Positions 14,171-28,300 of a stretch of 64,000 nt of DNA are shown here, in pieces (position 1 is the stretch's first letter; every line of letters starts with the position of its first letter). The DNA is taken from NCBI GenBank assembly GCA_002633005.1, contig NMRA01000500.1:98220-162219 (forward strand), given 5' to 3'. The DNA comes from Phoronis australis (taxonomy: Eukaryota > Animalia > Phoronida). The translations under genes were made by a program, and so were the position numbers. The notes below the pieces were generated by a model. That model saw nothing but the letters and a program-made list of their open reading frames with translations, did not search any database and was not told the DNA's origin.

Positions 14171-15549
14171 ACCCTGAGGTACCCCCGTGATTACGGTTGA
14201 GTAGTCAGAAAGTATACCACCGTATTTGGTGGCCTGTTTACGGTCTTACAAGTAGTTTGTAAACCAAAGGAGTTCGTTATCATTAACTCCATAAGACTCT
14301 AGATGCTTTCCTCAAAAATCGTACATGTATAATATCATGAGTTTTACCGTAACGTTTGAATCTATGCAATAGAAAATTTTTGTTATGTTGAACACTGGGT
14401 CATTTAAATTCTTTGGGTTACGGCCAGTGGCAAGTTAAAAAATCCTCTGGGTTTGACAGCCTAGTTTCTTTACGGCGCGTTCTCAGCACAAAAGCACGGT
14501 TTACATGTATCTGCAAAAACTCTACTCTGACGGCATGTAGTTGTCCATGTGTCGCGCGCGCGGCTTGTCTTCAGCGCATGCATGCACTCTCACCGAATCG
14601 TTCAACACCACCCACGTTGACGCTCAGCGTCCTCTCGCAAGACACCTCACCTTACCGACTTCTCTTATACACGCACAGTTTCTGCACTGTCTCCTCAAGC
14701 TGAGTGCAGTGATGGCTTCGGTAGCACTTGGCGTACTCAACTTATTTTTTGACAGATAGACCAACAGGCTCAGGCTCGGAACAGGAGCTGGTTCACCATT
14801 TCACTACCAACTTTCACATGGTCAAAAATAGAATTATTTTATTCTTGGTCTTGCTACAACATCAATATCAGCTGGTACAGCACTCTCGATTGCTCGGTTA
14901 CGCAATGTTTGTTGACAGGGTTATATTAGAGCTAGTGTCCTTGTGTATAAGCTCCTCCCCAGTTGTCAGTCACTGAGCTGGTGAGCACTCAAGCCATATG
15001 ACTTACTGAGGCTTGGTAAAATATAGCTAAAAAAACAACTTTGGATTTTCAAAATGATTTTATTTTTCTTCAGTATACTGTGCATCAAGAATTAAAGATT
15101 AGGATGACATAAAAATGTAAAAAACAGTCAAAAGTCATTTTTTGTGTATCCACCTACCTTAAAAACTTATCACGCACAGAAATTTTTACCACGGTGGCAA
15201 AACTCCAGCAACAGACAAGCACCCTTATCACGGACAATTTACAACGCAATTGACAAAAGTGTGGTACCGCGTTTGTACAGTGTGACGTCTTCTGACGATC
15301 AGTAAACACTACCTTATTCGTCCCTGGTGCCAGTGCCGGTTTGTCTGTGGGTTTCGAGGTAAGAGTGTGTCATGCGTGGTAAGATTTCTTGGCTTGTGTG
15401 GTATGAGTGAGTTTCGTAATAAGAATGTGTGTCCATCCCTGAACTGTCTTGCATTGCCAAATATTGTCGTAAACAACCTGGGTTGTCAAGCTTAATCCTG
15501 ACCTAGTTTAACACTCGTAACACTATATGCGTAAGCCAAAGGTCTGGAG

Positions 15550-15902
15550 CAACATGGAAACCTATTACTAGCAGCGTGTTGCAACATGAAAGCTTATTAC
15601 CAGCCGCGCGTTGTAACATGAGAGTTATTGCCACCGGCGCGTTGCAACATGACATCTTATTACTAGCAGTGTGTTGCAATATGACATCTTATTACTAGCA
15701 GTGTGTTGCAACATGACATCTTATTACTATCAGTGTGTTGCAATATGACATCTTATTACTAGCAGTGTGTTGCAATCTGACATCTTATTACCATCAGCGC
15801 GTTGCAACATGAGAACTTATTACCATCAGCGCGTTGCAACATGACAGCTTATTAATAGCAACGCGTTGCAACATGACAGCTTATTACTAACAGCGCGTTG
15901 CA
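15550..15902. repeat. 32-bp minisatellite, about 11 copies
   Basis: Unit cttattactagcagtgtgttgcaacatgacat. Confidence 0.95.
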
Positions 15903-18900
15903 CATAGTGTCTAACTCTCAGTGACATTTTCAGACAACCAGATCTTGCACTTTCTGGGAGACAATTGCGGCAAACAATTGACGCGATATCGAAAGCGATA
16001 GAAAATTCATTTTTGTTTTAAGAGTATACATCTAGTTATACAGATGCACACATATAAAAGGAAATCGAAATTTACGTTCAAGTAGCAAGTATTAAATACC
16101 TCACAATTTCAGACTTGATCTATTCTCTTACATAAGTGATCTACTTAAGTTTTTTGTCAAATGTCAAGTGATACATTCGGGAGATTTTTATTGTCATTTT
16201 TCTGTGTTGATATTAGGATGCTGTTGAATATATTGGTGATTTAATTATGTTTCTTGTTGTTCTTATGCTTTTCTTAGGCACTTGGGAGCGGGTAGAAAAA
16301 GCAATTTTGAGGTGTATAAAACTGAATATTAAATATAGATTAAGCCTTACTTTAGAAGCAGCGGGTTGAGCCGCTCGCCTAAACTGAAATGACATTAGAA
16401 CATTGTCATCATTTCGCCGGTGCCCTCGTTTTTAGATCGCCACCCCTTATCGCCAACGGCTGAATTTCTACCTCAAAAACGAGTATTCACAAAAAAGCCT
16501 GTCACCGATTATGTTTTGCGATTGTGGATTATACCTTCTAGGAAAGTTTATTCAGAGCAACCGGCAAAATCTCGTATTATATTTTCATACGTAAAGACTG
16601 TACCATTTTGGGTTTAATAATCCATGACTGGATAAAAGTTATTACAGAGGGATTCTCTTGAAACAGGCTCCAAACTTTCTGTTATTTCTACATGAGTTAC
16701 GGATTCCAACAGGCCAGCACAATTCTGTAGCCAGCAAACGCTGTACATGTAGGTTATTGAGTGCGGCTTACTAAGTTTTTTCGGCGGTGTGTCAACTTCG
16801 CTCTCGACGGATGTATTTCATAGAGCAGCACGGTTTTTAATTTTGAAACGCGCATCGAGATGTGCTTAAATTCTGAGGGTGCACATTTCCAGCCCCTGCT
16901 GTAAAAGTGTTTGAATTCAGCCGATGACAGCACTTGGAGAAGCAGCACACCACAACAGTGTAATTTTCTATAAGACTGTTCTCAGGTTCTTGGACAATTG
17001 GACTTTCTTGTCAGCTCAAACTGACCATGGACCCGTTCCGAAACACCAACTTGAGTTCATTTTTGTTTAAGTCTAAGATTTGTCTTAACCTCCAATTTTT
17101 GAAACTTCCCCAGCCGATCATTTTCTAGGAATAGACTTAACACATCTTAAAATTGTCATAGCTAAGTCAGTGTTCGGACCCTAGCTTTACAAATATTATT
17201 TCACACTCCCTCGTGCTTTATTGGATTAAATGCAACAACCGTATGGCAAACCGCTGGCACGCTGCCGAACACGTTAAAAAGGTCTAACTTCAGCATATGA
17301 AGCTCAAAATACATGTATAAAATTGACAGTCTGAAAACTTTGAGTTTCCTACCTCTATTTAAAAATATATTAGCAAAAGTTAAGGGTACTGTTTCGGAAA
17401 TATCATACTGTATTTTTTTGTTTTTATGCCTGAATAGGAGTTACTGTAAAGAAAACTTGTTCTGTTAAACTTCGCTTTTTCAATCTCGTGATTATGCATA
17501 TTGCATAATGGCGACGGGTACAGTGATAATCCAAAGCTACCAAATCTCAGATATAAACCAATGGCTCAAAGGTGAAACAGTGCATTTTCTGGACACGTTT
17601 TTTAAAGTATGACGTTAATCGGGCCGTTGCTCAAGTATAAGACCAGTCTTAATTTTTCGTGTTAAATGCTATGCATTCATGGGGTACAGAATTACTAGTA
17701 TGCTGGATTTTACCGTAAAACGTTCAATAGTCCTGGGTATTTTTGAGACACGTTGCCTCACGAGTTATAATAAGTTATCATTCCGAAATATGACAGAAAA
17801 CCACAGACGAAAAATGGGCCGTGGGCGCTTTCTTGGAAACGAGAAACGACAACGAACAATTTTTGGGCAACTAAAATGGTGTTATGTTTGGTTGGTTGGT
17901 CTGATGAATGAAAAAAACGAACGACGCCGCAAAACTGACATGGACTCTGAAATTATTCAAAGGCTTGGCGAGGTACATGTACACTTGTCGGCTGGGTATA
18001 CGGTGCCACAGCTGAGAAAGCGGGCACACAGACCCGTATGTCCACGCTCAGATCTAGGAAGCTATTCTCTTCGTACGGGTGCACATTCTACATGTATGCT
18101 TCCGCCCAAACTTTTTGCCTCCCACGAATATATTTCTTCATCAGCCTTGCCCCCGCACATCATTCCCAGCCAGGCGAGAAGCGTGACGGAACCGGGGTAT
18201 ATACGTCTGTCACACAGGAATAGCGTCACTGAGAGGAATTTCGTACGCGGCGAGAGACGTCTTGGTACCATGTACGTTGGGATCACACGCAGTGGAAGTG
18301 TGTAGCCTGTTAGGTCTCGCAAGATTTTTCATCTCCAATATACCCCATACAGGCTCATGCGCCTTATCTCAGCAATTATGCGCATTTCCCACTAAGGCGC
18401 ATACGCTCAGTTGCTAGGTTTTACGGTATAAGACGACATTTTTACAAATACTGTATGGATCTTTTACTTTATCAGGGGTGCAAAATGAACTATAGATTCA
18501 TGATATTAGTCTCATATTTATCAATTTCTCGAATTGCCGACCCTTTCCATTGTTGAGCTTAAACTTGCTTATTTTTAAATTGCAACCTGTCTTTTTATGA
18601 AACTTTCCATCACAGTAATTAGAATATTCCATTGACACAATTTACGTTGTTGTGACAAATTGGGCTGCTGTGACAATTTGGTGTGCTGTGACAATTTGTA
18701 CTATAGTACAGACTCATATTGGGCAAATTGTCACAATTTTGAAGCTGTGGCACCTTGGGACGGTTTGACAATTTGGACCTTTACACTGCACACCCTTTCG
18801 AATTACACTGCTTTAGTACACGTATACTTATAACGATTCATTGCGTACAAATAAGAACAAAATAGCAAACAAGCTGTGGTTCATGTGCTCTCTAGAATCT

Positions 18901-19056
18901 TTATTAAGTTCGAAAGTAGGGATGCCTGACATTCCCAATGTTTTGGCTTGCACAGAGCCAACTGCGCACTGGATGGTGGAAAGAGACTACGATGTTTGGG
19001 GATACAAAGGCAAACATAAGAAATTTGCAAGAAGATAAAAAGAGGACACAGCACGA

Positions 19057-19275
19057 ACACACGGAGTGGACGGCAATGTACACCATAACACACGGAGTGG
19101 ACGGCAATGTACACCATAACACACGGAGTGGACGGCAATATACACCATAACACACGGAGTGGACGGCAATATACACCATAACACACGGAGTGGACGGCAA
19201 TATACACCATAACACACGGAGTGGACGGCAATATACACCATAACACACGGAGTGGACGGCAATATACACCATAAC
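19057..19275. repeat. 31-bp minisatellite, 7 near-identical copies
   Basis: Unit acacacggagtggacggcaatatacaccata. Confidence 0.95.
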
Positions 19276-19332
19276 ATATGTGGATGCACAGTCATTACAA
19301 GGTAGTAATTTAAAAAAATTAAGAATACGAAC

Positions 19333-19568
19333 CATTGGAAAACATGCCAACGCCTTATTAAAAACAAGTACATAGGCTTGAGGCACAATTTCCAAATCTG
19401 TTTTCCAAACCTAATCTTGAAGGCGTAGTAGACAAAGCAGAAAACTGTTAGGCATGTGACCCACAATAGCCAAATTGACCCATCGTCTCCGAACTTGTAA
19501 GTCATGGCTCCGATGAAATAGGCGGCATAGCACATTGAAATAAAGACGTAAACACATCTCCAGATGTT
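19333..19568 (-). pseudogene. SLC28 copy A exon 3
   Basis: 236 nt, same length as in copy B, about 50 mismatches (about 79% identity, manual count). Confidence 0.9.
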
Positions 19569-20063
19569 CTGAAAATGTACGATAACCTTTAAAGATGTAT
19601 TTGTATGCTTCTAACTATGGTAATGAATAGCAGGAACTAAACGACAATGATATTTGAACATCATCTACGCTAAAAAATAGTGCAACTGTATTCATTGACA
19701 ACTTGTAAATTTGAAAACAAAAAAACCTGCAAATAGGTGACCTTTGCACTAATGACGTACCTTAACCCGCATCATGCATTTTTATTCTCCAACACCACGT
19801 CGCGATTCTGATTTACGTCGGATCATTTTCGACGAAAAACTCGTTCTTAAAGACATTTGGCGATTTTTAACCTACTTCATCTTCACATCGTTGCTATTTG
19901 TTGTGTTTCTAACTAATTTGACCAAGCAAACACAGACATAAGGAAATAGCGTGCGAGTTCCACTTTAAAAAATAAAATATCTGAACATTAAATGGTAATA
20001 AATAGAAACGTTAGGAATATCAAGTATTTAAAAATACATTTCACAAGAGGCTGAACTACTTAC

Positions 20064-20211
20064 ATCTTTGTTGTCGGTGTAAAACCTTGACAGGCCGCTT
20101 TGTATGCTTCCAATGCCTCTCTGACAACTCAGCGTCCTCGTGTTGTTGCCATTCAATAGTGCCTGTAGCGTTCATCGGAATGATAACGTGAGTGCCATCT
20201 GTTGGCTGCTC
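20064..20211 (-). pseudogene. SLC28 copy A exon 2 with 17-bp and 6-bp deletions (frameshift)
   Basis: 148 nt vs 171 nt in copy B; lacks ggttgggatcctcccac. Confidence 0.9.
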
Positions 20212-20705
20212 CTTAAAATGAAGTGAGCATACATTTGGTGGAAATCAAGACACAAACGCACTTTGATATATACTCTGCCGCTATCATTCTTTCCTGCCTG
20301 GAAATTCCATTTTTCAACAATACTGACAGAAGCATCCATGCTTCGGTGATACTTAGTGTCAACATTCCCAGTAACTGTTTCATACCAATAGGCGTGACAC
20401 CTATCGGTGTTAGACTGGTGTCACTTTCCTTATATTTAACGTGATCTTCAGGTTTGAGAACAACTTGTAAATTATTGTTGCTCGGAAATGGTAAGGTAAT
20501 GCTGCACGTCCATCAAGGTCTGCTCCTCCACAATTTTAATTGTAACACAAACTACTACATAATTGTACGTTTTGCTGAATCTCGCCAGTTGCTCTCCATT
20601 ATACAAACGTAAGAGACGGTGTGCCATTTAGCAGTATAAAGTCCAGAGTAGATAGCTATTACGGAATGTGGTGACAGACTTGTTAATGTAATTCCACTTA
20701 TTCAT

Positions 20706-21378
20706 TAGCTATAGATTGCACACATACGCAATGATTTGTCTAGCTATAGATTGTACACATACACAATGATTTATCTAGCTATAGATTGTACACGTACACA
20801 ATGATTTGTATAGCTATAGATTGTACACATAGACAATGATTTGTAAAGCTATAGATTGTACACATACACAATGATTTGTCTAGCTATAGATTGTACATAT
20901 ACACAATGATTTGTCTAGTTATAGATTGTACACATACATAATGATTTGTCTAGCTATAGATTGTACACATACACACAATGATTTGTCTAGCTATAGATTG
21001 TACACATACACAATGATTTGTCTAGCTATAGATTGCACACATACACAATGATTTGTCTAGCTATAGATTGTACACATACACCATGATTTGTCTAGCTATA
21101 GATTGTACACATACACAATGATCTGTCTAGCTGTAGATTGTACACATACACCATGATTTGTCTAGCTATAGATTGTACACAAACACAATGATTTGTCTAG
21201 CTATAGATTGTACACATACACCATGATTTGTCTAGCTATAGATTGTACACATACACAATGATTTATCTAGATATAGATTGTACACATACACAATGATTTG
21301 TCTAGCTACATGTATAGATTGTACATATACACAATGATCTGTTTAGCTATAGATTGCACACATACACAATGATTTGTC
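20706..21378. repeat. 35-bp minisatellite, about 19 copies
   Basis: Unit tagctatagattgtacacatacacaatgatttgtc. Confidence 0.95.
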
Positions 21379-22433
21379 AAACTGAAAACCAAACTAAACC
21401 CTTAGGATGGCCTTGAGGCGAGTTTCGACGTTGTTAAGCATTTTCTTGACATTTCCACCGATCTCTGAGACTTGGGTAGCTTTAAAGTCTATTTCGTGTT
21501 GAGGTTTCAGATAAACTGTGATAAAAATGAATAGTTAAAACTGTATTTACCGCTTTTCAGGGCCTTGGGTCTATTTTTTGTACTCTAAATTGAACTTGAA
21601 AGATTTTCAACATTTTTGTTGTTGTAGTTTTATGCGAGCTCAACCAACGTGTTGGTTATTCTTTGCTTGAGTACACTTTCGTTCTGGCAGATGACTGTCT
21701 AATTCGAGCTTGAATTTAATGACCTCGGCATAAGCACTTTAAATTTAAGTCGTAACTGGATTGTTCAACTTCTATGCCCGTTTGTCTGCTAAACAGGACG
21801 AGATGTAATCTTTGACCGATTAAAATTCTTCGCTTAACCTAAAAAATCGAATGTTCTCCACCAATTGTTGGCATAATTCTAAAAACTTTTCTCCCCCAAG
21901 TAGTCAAATCCGCTTTGAAAACTCGATAACGAAATACTTTGAATTGTTTGCATCCGTACATGCATGCAATTTTGGGACAAATTATTGCCAGTGGACTGTG
22001 TCGATAGATATTACGTCTCAATTCTAAAATTACGTGATGGGCAAACTGAGCCTAAATGGCAATTGGGTCAGCAGCTGCACAAGTCAGGTTCATTGCAACA
22101 GCACATTTCTGCGAAAGCAAAAGCAAAAGTACACATTCACGAAGTAGTTTTAGTACTTTTATGTGGTAAGCAACGTGAGCTTGCATTGCCAGTAGAGCAG
22201 TACTAGAAGACCATGTGCTTCAGTCACAGAAGTCCAGAATCAATGGCCACGAAGATTTTTGCAAAAGCAAAAGCAAAATAAACGCACATGAATCCCAAGT
22301 TATTTTTATGAAAATGCCTTGAACAACTGTTGAAGTGTTTGACAGCGAGGATTCCTGCAATTCTGTTCAACTTTGCACGCCACGTGCTTTATAGTCACGG
22401 ATCATGGCACCAGAACACGGATACCTCAGTGTA

Positions 22434-22473
<40 letters not shown>

Positions 22474-22565
22474 ACATATATACACACATACACATACACA
22501 TTTCCATTTATATTTACATATACATATACATATACATCTGCATCTACATCTACAGGTACATATAC
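22434..22565. repeat. (TA)n / (TACATA)n microsatellite
   Basis: Direct reading. Confidence 0.95.
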
Positions 22566-24666
22566 GTTTATGAATATAATTACTTTGTTTTGAATGACGC
22601 TTTCCGTGTCTATATCACACGTTAACACGTTATTTATCTTCACCGTCGTTGGAATTAAGCAGAAGTATGTTAGACACTTAGGACGTTGATAGTGCGCCTA
22701 CATTTACAGAGAAGAATACCGATGAACAGTGGTACTAGTTTGCTATAGGAAACAAACATGTTGAATTTTCTGTCGTTCAACCTATACACCAGTTAAATGC
22801 TGATTTTCCAAACACTCCCAGAACAGCTCTAGTGAATTTGGGGGTACAATCAAAGAATAGACTTCTACAATAAAACAAACCACAGTAGGCCTACAACAGT
22901 ACATACCTAAATGATATGTCATAATTCAGCAATGACCTGCAAGAAATCATACGTGCAAATTGGTTTGATTTCAACGCGTTACGGTATACCCCTGAAATTT
23001 TGTCTGTATTCAGCGGTCAGTTCACTCATTTCAATACCACTTGGCAGAGATCTACTCAACATTTGTACATATAGGTGAAAGTCTGCTTAGAACTACTTAT
23101 AAAAATAACAAATTACAACCACATTTGGGAGACTCTCTGTCTTTTCTATCTAATTGATACTTGGAAGTGCAAAAATGTAGTAACTTGATTATGAATGGGG
23201 CTACATACATACGTTGCTACAGAGACTTTTACAAAATTGTGCGATTTTGGTGAGGCACCTTACTTCTACAGATCTGTACATGTACGTTATGAAAATGCTA
23301 ACTGCATAGACGTTTTAGATGTGGGGTGAACCTAAATTCTGCTTGTTATCAGATGTGGGGGTGAATTCAGATACTGATTACTATTTCATTCACACAAGTC
23401 CAGCTTCAGCTTAGATGTTTAGTCAGAAAGATGAATGAATTAACACCTCTCAAGGTCTCCATCGAACAACTAAGCCTTCAAACATAACTAAGATGGCAAA
23501 TGAAACCTGTGATATTAAGCTCAAACACACTACAGTACACTTACATGTATATCGTTGTAGTAATCTCTCTCGCACTTTTATGCTCAAGGTAAATCTCCGA
23601 AAAGTACTAAATTTTAGCTGAAAGTGGGCATTAAATTGGCAGTAAAACAACTCGTTCCTTTAGCAACCACAAGGTATTGCACACAAAAGACTGGATGAGG
23701 GCATGAAGGTGTGGGCATTAACCCTTATCGTGACATAGCCTTACTGATTTTTGACTGATCCTCCCAATGATAGAGCTTAACATTTGGACTTTGGTTGTAG
23801 TATAGATATAAAGGCATTCATAACTTGTTTGGATTTGCAACGAAAACCTTAATTTATCCTGCAAGTGTCATGTGCCCGTAACATGAAACAGTCTCAACTA
23901 GGGAATCAATTAAGTTTCTCAAATCTTTTGCGAATTTGTTTCGTTCTCACACATGCTATGTTTTTAACACATACCTTTATTATGAGATACTTATGGCATT
24001 TTCTAATGATATAGCTAAAATTGAACTCTTAACTTAGTCACAATAATTAGGAATTTAGTCCTTAAATTGCGGGCGTTCAGTAAAAAGAACGTAGTCCTTG
24101 CTTATTTTCATTATTTTATCGTAAAGTTGTATCATAGCTAAAAAATCGACTTAGTTTTGAGACGTCGAATTTGTATAAAAACGTGTGTTCTGCATTTTAC
24201 CGGGTTTTTAAAGCCACATTTCAATGACTGCGTCTAATGTCCTTCGCAAAAATGCAAATAGGAATTTGATGTCCATCAGGTGCATGTAGACGTGTGTACT
24301 GTTGGGGTCCTTGGTTAGCTGGTAACGTAACTCAACACCGTTAAATTGGTAAGAACATCGTGGTCATATCATCTTGCATTCATCGGAGACACAAATGTTT
24401 ATATCACCAGTAAGGGTGACCTTGAGGTCTTTTCGCGAATATCAGTGAAGATAAATATAATCTTAGAAAAAAGCTAGGTCATATTATGCGTGACATGGCC
24501 TCTTACCTTCTGGAATGTTCACGTCTAACAACTTTGTGGCTATTATTGGATATCTCACTGCAGTTAGTAGGTCATTTTAGAGGTTTTTGTTTCACTCTCA
24601 TTTTGTCCCACACTCTGTGAAGACTACAAACAAGGACACAGCCCACTCCCTATGCTGGTGTGTTAC

Positions 24667-24792
24667 CGTGAGCTTGATGTTGACATCAGTGTAGAAGGCT
24701 GGATTGGCCTCATCACTTGTTGTCGCGCCGTTGTCTAGTTGTTCGTTCCTCGGCACCACCTCAGTCGTTACAGACTTGAGCTCCACATCCAT
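24667..24792 (-). pseudogene. SLC28 copy A probable first coding exon (MDVELKSV...NPAFYTDVNIKLT)
   Basis: CAACATGG start context, acceptor ttctcccag at 24806 (implies an upstream UTR exon), gtaaca donor in phase 0 matching the next exon; no copy B counterpart in the window to confirm it. Confidence 0.6.
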
Positions 24793-24989
24793 GTTGCAGG
24801 GTACTCTGGGAGAAAATATTGAACGAATATGCGTAACAATAGTCCAGCAGTTTTGAAATAAATGGAAGAATCTCGGTTAAATTCTCCAAGACGAATGACA
24901 CGCCATGTTGATTGGCCGAGTCTTCTGTTTTTTTTATATTTTGACCCCGTTAATATTATTATTATAGAATTTTAATTCTTTTTAGACGC

Positions 24990-25590
24990 ATAAATTTAAA
25001 TATTAACGGCGTAAAATAATACCTTATGGCGTAAATTAGTTAGTTGCGGGATAAATTAACTGTTGTCGATGCAAATAATTTTAGCGAGTAAATTAATTAT
25101 TTGCAGGGCAAATTAAGTTTTAAGTACTTACATAATTGTTGGCGTACTGAAATCTATCGTTGGTTAGATGGGTGTACGTTATAGACGTAAATTACGCCCC
25201 TAAATTCATTCTTGTGAACGGCGTAAATTAAATATTAACGGCATAAATGAATTCCTTACGGCGTAATTGAATCATCAACCGCGTAAATTAACTTTTCTTG
25301 GCGTAAATTATTTTACTGCGTAAATCAATTATTTGCAGTGCATATTAACTTATAACTATCGATTGTCAAATGGATGAAATTTACGCAAGTAAATTACGTG
25401 CGTAAAGTAATTCTTCTGAACGACGTATTTACTATGAACAACGTCAATTAACTTTTAACAGGATAAATTGTGTTTACGGCGGAAATTAGTTATTGGTGGC
25501 CCAAATTAACTTTTAACGATAGAATTCTTTACGGCTTAAATTATTTACTAACGGCCAAATTATTATTTAATGGCGAACATTAATTATGTC
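24990..25590. repeat. Degenerate array of about 20-22 bp units with core ggcgtaaattaa
   Basis: Recurrent cgtaaatta motif. Confidence 0.7.
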
Positions 25591-28114
25591 ATGAATTCTC
25601 ATGAAGTTAATTAAGTGCAAACATAACAATTTCGGGCGATAATTCTCCAAAATCCACTCGGGCTCTAGATAACGGGGGATAACGACTTCGCCATTTAATA
25701 ATCTATATTTATGTATGAGCATGGAATGTCTTGCTCAAAATAACCTATTTTGGTTCAAGTCGTTCTAGGAAGAAAAGCAGCTTTAAAACGGGGAAAATTC
25801 CTTGTGAGGTTTATATACACAAGGAACGTTTCCATAACCTTCGTCAGAGCGTAAAAATTAGATAAAATTGTTGAAATTGTTTGTATTGGATTGTTAGCCA
25901 TTCTTGTGGTGCTCGGGGGTGCTGATGATTTCAGATGTTTGTTTCTGATTAAGAAATTAAAAAGTTAAATGAGCTGTTAGCTGGTTTTCATGCTGAAAGA
26001 TGAAAAATGCATACAGCACCATCACGTATTCCAGAGACCGTGTCTACGGGCAGTTCGTAACAGTATTTCGTAAATCCCATGAAGGGGTTCCATTACTTAT
26101 TGAAAATATTTCCCTATGATTATGAAATCGGTCGACTTCAATTTTTTTAGATGGTTAGACTACTGATGGCTCCCTGGTGTCAGTTTCTATGATTAGATTT
26201 TTTTGGTGAAATTTCATGAAGCTTGATCAAACTGGTTCTTTCCAGGAAACAATAGCAGTTGCATATTTTCGAATGATTCTAACCTGTGATGACCCCCAGT
26301 GTCATTTTTAGCATTTTTGGAGCTGGCGATGTGACCTGATCAAGTCCACCTTATTATCTGACAATCGTTACATAAAACGTACAAAGTTTTTTCATTATGA
26401 GTCCTCTCATTTCTGTAGAACGATAATCGCTTAATTGATTCCACGCGGCACTGAGTTTTCACTCCCATGAGGTAAAAATGTAATTTCTTAAAAATGTTGG
26501 ATGCAAGTGTTTCAAACGTTTAAGGCAGTTGCGGGTTACATCTGGCAAATTACATGTAAGTATGAATTTGACAGTATAATTATCACACATTATGAAGCTG
26601 TTGTAATGAAGGAATTGGGTAAATTTCTCCATTATCCAATTATATATTATTTCTCCAATTCAAATAAGTTTTTTCACTTTTGTCATTTTGATTAGCCTGA
26701 AGTTGAAATTAACGAATTACAAGGCATGAATAAAAGCACAACTTACAGAAGAAATTTAGAAAAAAATGTGTGAAGAAAAATTGAGTTTCAAAACAATTAC
26801 AACTACATGTAATTTTCCGTAAATTGTGAGCTCTTTTATGGACACTTCACGTTGAAACAAACATAACATTCCTTTTATTTTTGGACAAAAGCAGGAAAGT
26901 GTACGAAGCTGCTTTTTTGTAGCAGCTTGTCTGCTAATTTATTTTAGTTAAATGTTCGCCGGTGACAAGGCAGGCGGTTGAACATGGCTTTCAGTTCAGC
27001 AAAAAGTCGCCATGTTGTCGGTGACGCCGGAATTGAAACTAAGTCCAGTGTGATTTGAGAACACGTTAACCACCGAATGAATAACATCTGAGTGGATAAA
27101 TATTGGTGAAACTGTAGAATAATACAGAGGGTTGGTAGTGTTGCGTATCTTAAATTTTACTCCAGATTATTTGTGAAAATGATTTGTAAAAACATTTAAA
27201 CTTCTAAGCTATACCACTGTCAACTAAGATGGCCGAGCAGACCAAAGAGCGGGTCAAATTTTGTCTCAAAAATAGAGATAAATTTCGAACGCATGGTGGA
27301 ATTGTATTATTTTTATGTTTGTGTTGCCGACAACGATATGTTTCATGTGATGAAGGCTTTTATCTCGACGGTTTGCCTGCTTCATATGCAGTGTCTCTAA
27401 CCAATACTTCAGAAGAAACGCTTAAAAATGTGACCTAAAGCGTCTTTAAATAGCTCACAATTTCACTAAAAATCCCGTGAATTATTCATATCAGTCTTAC
27501 GTTTGTCACTATGGGTGTTAACCATTTTGTATACTGGCAACAGGAGTCATCACCTGTGCATGTGTGACTTCTGACCCATGGTCAGTTGTGAACTTTTGAT
27601 AGGTGAAATGGTGTTTGGACATGTCAGACTGCATCATGGTCTCTAAAACGTTCAATGTTATTTGTAATTTGTGCCTGAGCGTATCTTTCAGTGTCTCACA
27701 GCTCCGCAAACTGGCTTGCAAAAGTATATGAGTGACACCCACTTTTAACACTACAAAAGAGATTCCACATTTATCTCCCCTGTCACGTGGTGAAAGTATA
27801 GAAAATGTCTTTATGAATTTTATTTGAGAGTCGTTATACATGACTTCCTAATCCCATTATGTGTTTTCTCTCATTGCATGCGATCTACTTGCGTTAAATT
27901 GAATTTTTCGGAAAGCAAAATGTGACATTCTCTTCGTGAACATTTTAAAGTATTTACATAAATATTAAAAGGTGAAATTAGTGCAAAATTGGTGCTTTTT
28001 GTATCAGAGCCACACCGTAATTACATACACAAAGTTCAAGCTGAATCCTTAGAGTTATTACTTGATTTGTTTTTGATTTTCTCGTCGAATGGCTCTTAGG
28101 GCTTTTTCAACGGA

Positions 28115-28300
28115 GAACAGACGTGCTGATGATCGGAGGGCAGACGTGTTGATGATTGGAGGGCAGACGTGTTAATGATCGGAGAGCAGAAGTGTTGAGG
28201 ATCGGAGAGCAGAAGTGTTGAGGATCGGAGGGCAGACGTGTTGATGATCGGAGAGCAGACGTGTTGATGATCGGAGAGCAGACGTGTTGAGGATTGGAAT
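28115..28300. repeat. 23-bp minisatellite, about 8 copies
   Basis: Unit gatcggagagcagacgtgttgat. Confidence 0.9.

Larger units (their letters stand above)
3419..24792 (-). pseudogene. SLC28A3: SLC28/CNT3-like copy A, disabled tandem paralog
   Basis: Exons 24667-24792, 20064-20211, 19333-19568, 5674-5885, 4568-4748, 3419-3441. 17-bp deletion in exon 2, TAA at 5704-5706, TGA at 4617-4619. No counterparts found for seven central exons of copy B. Confidence 0.85.

Noticed and set aside
17679-18305. 208-aa ORF
   Set aside because: No recognisable domain; lies within TACCGTAAAA...TTTTACGGTA inverted-repeat sequence and is probably spurious.
19057-21378. 31- and 35-bp repeats of CRISPR-like length
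   Set aside because: Head-to-tail units with no unique spacers, no cas genes, eukaryotic context.
22373-22643. YI/HI-repeat ORFs
   Set aside because: Microsatellite translations.
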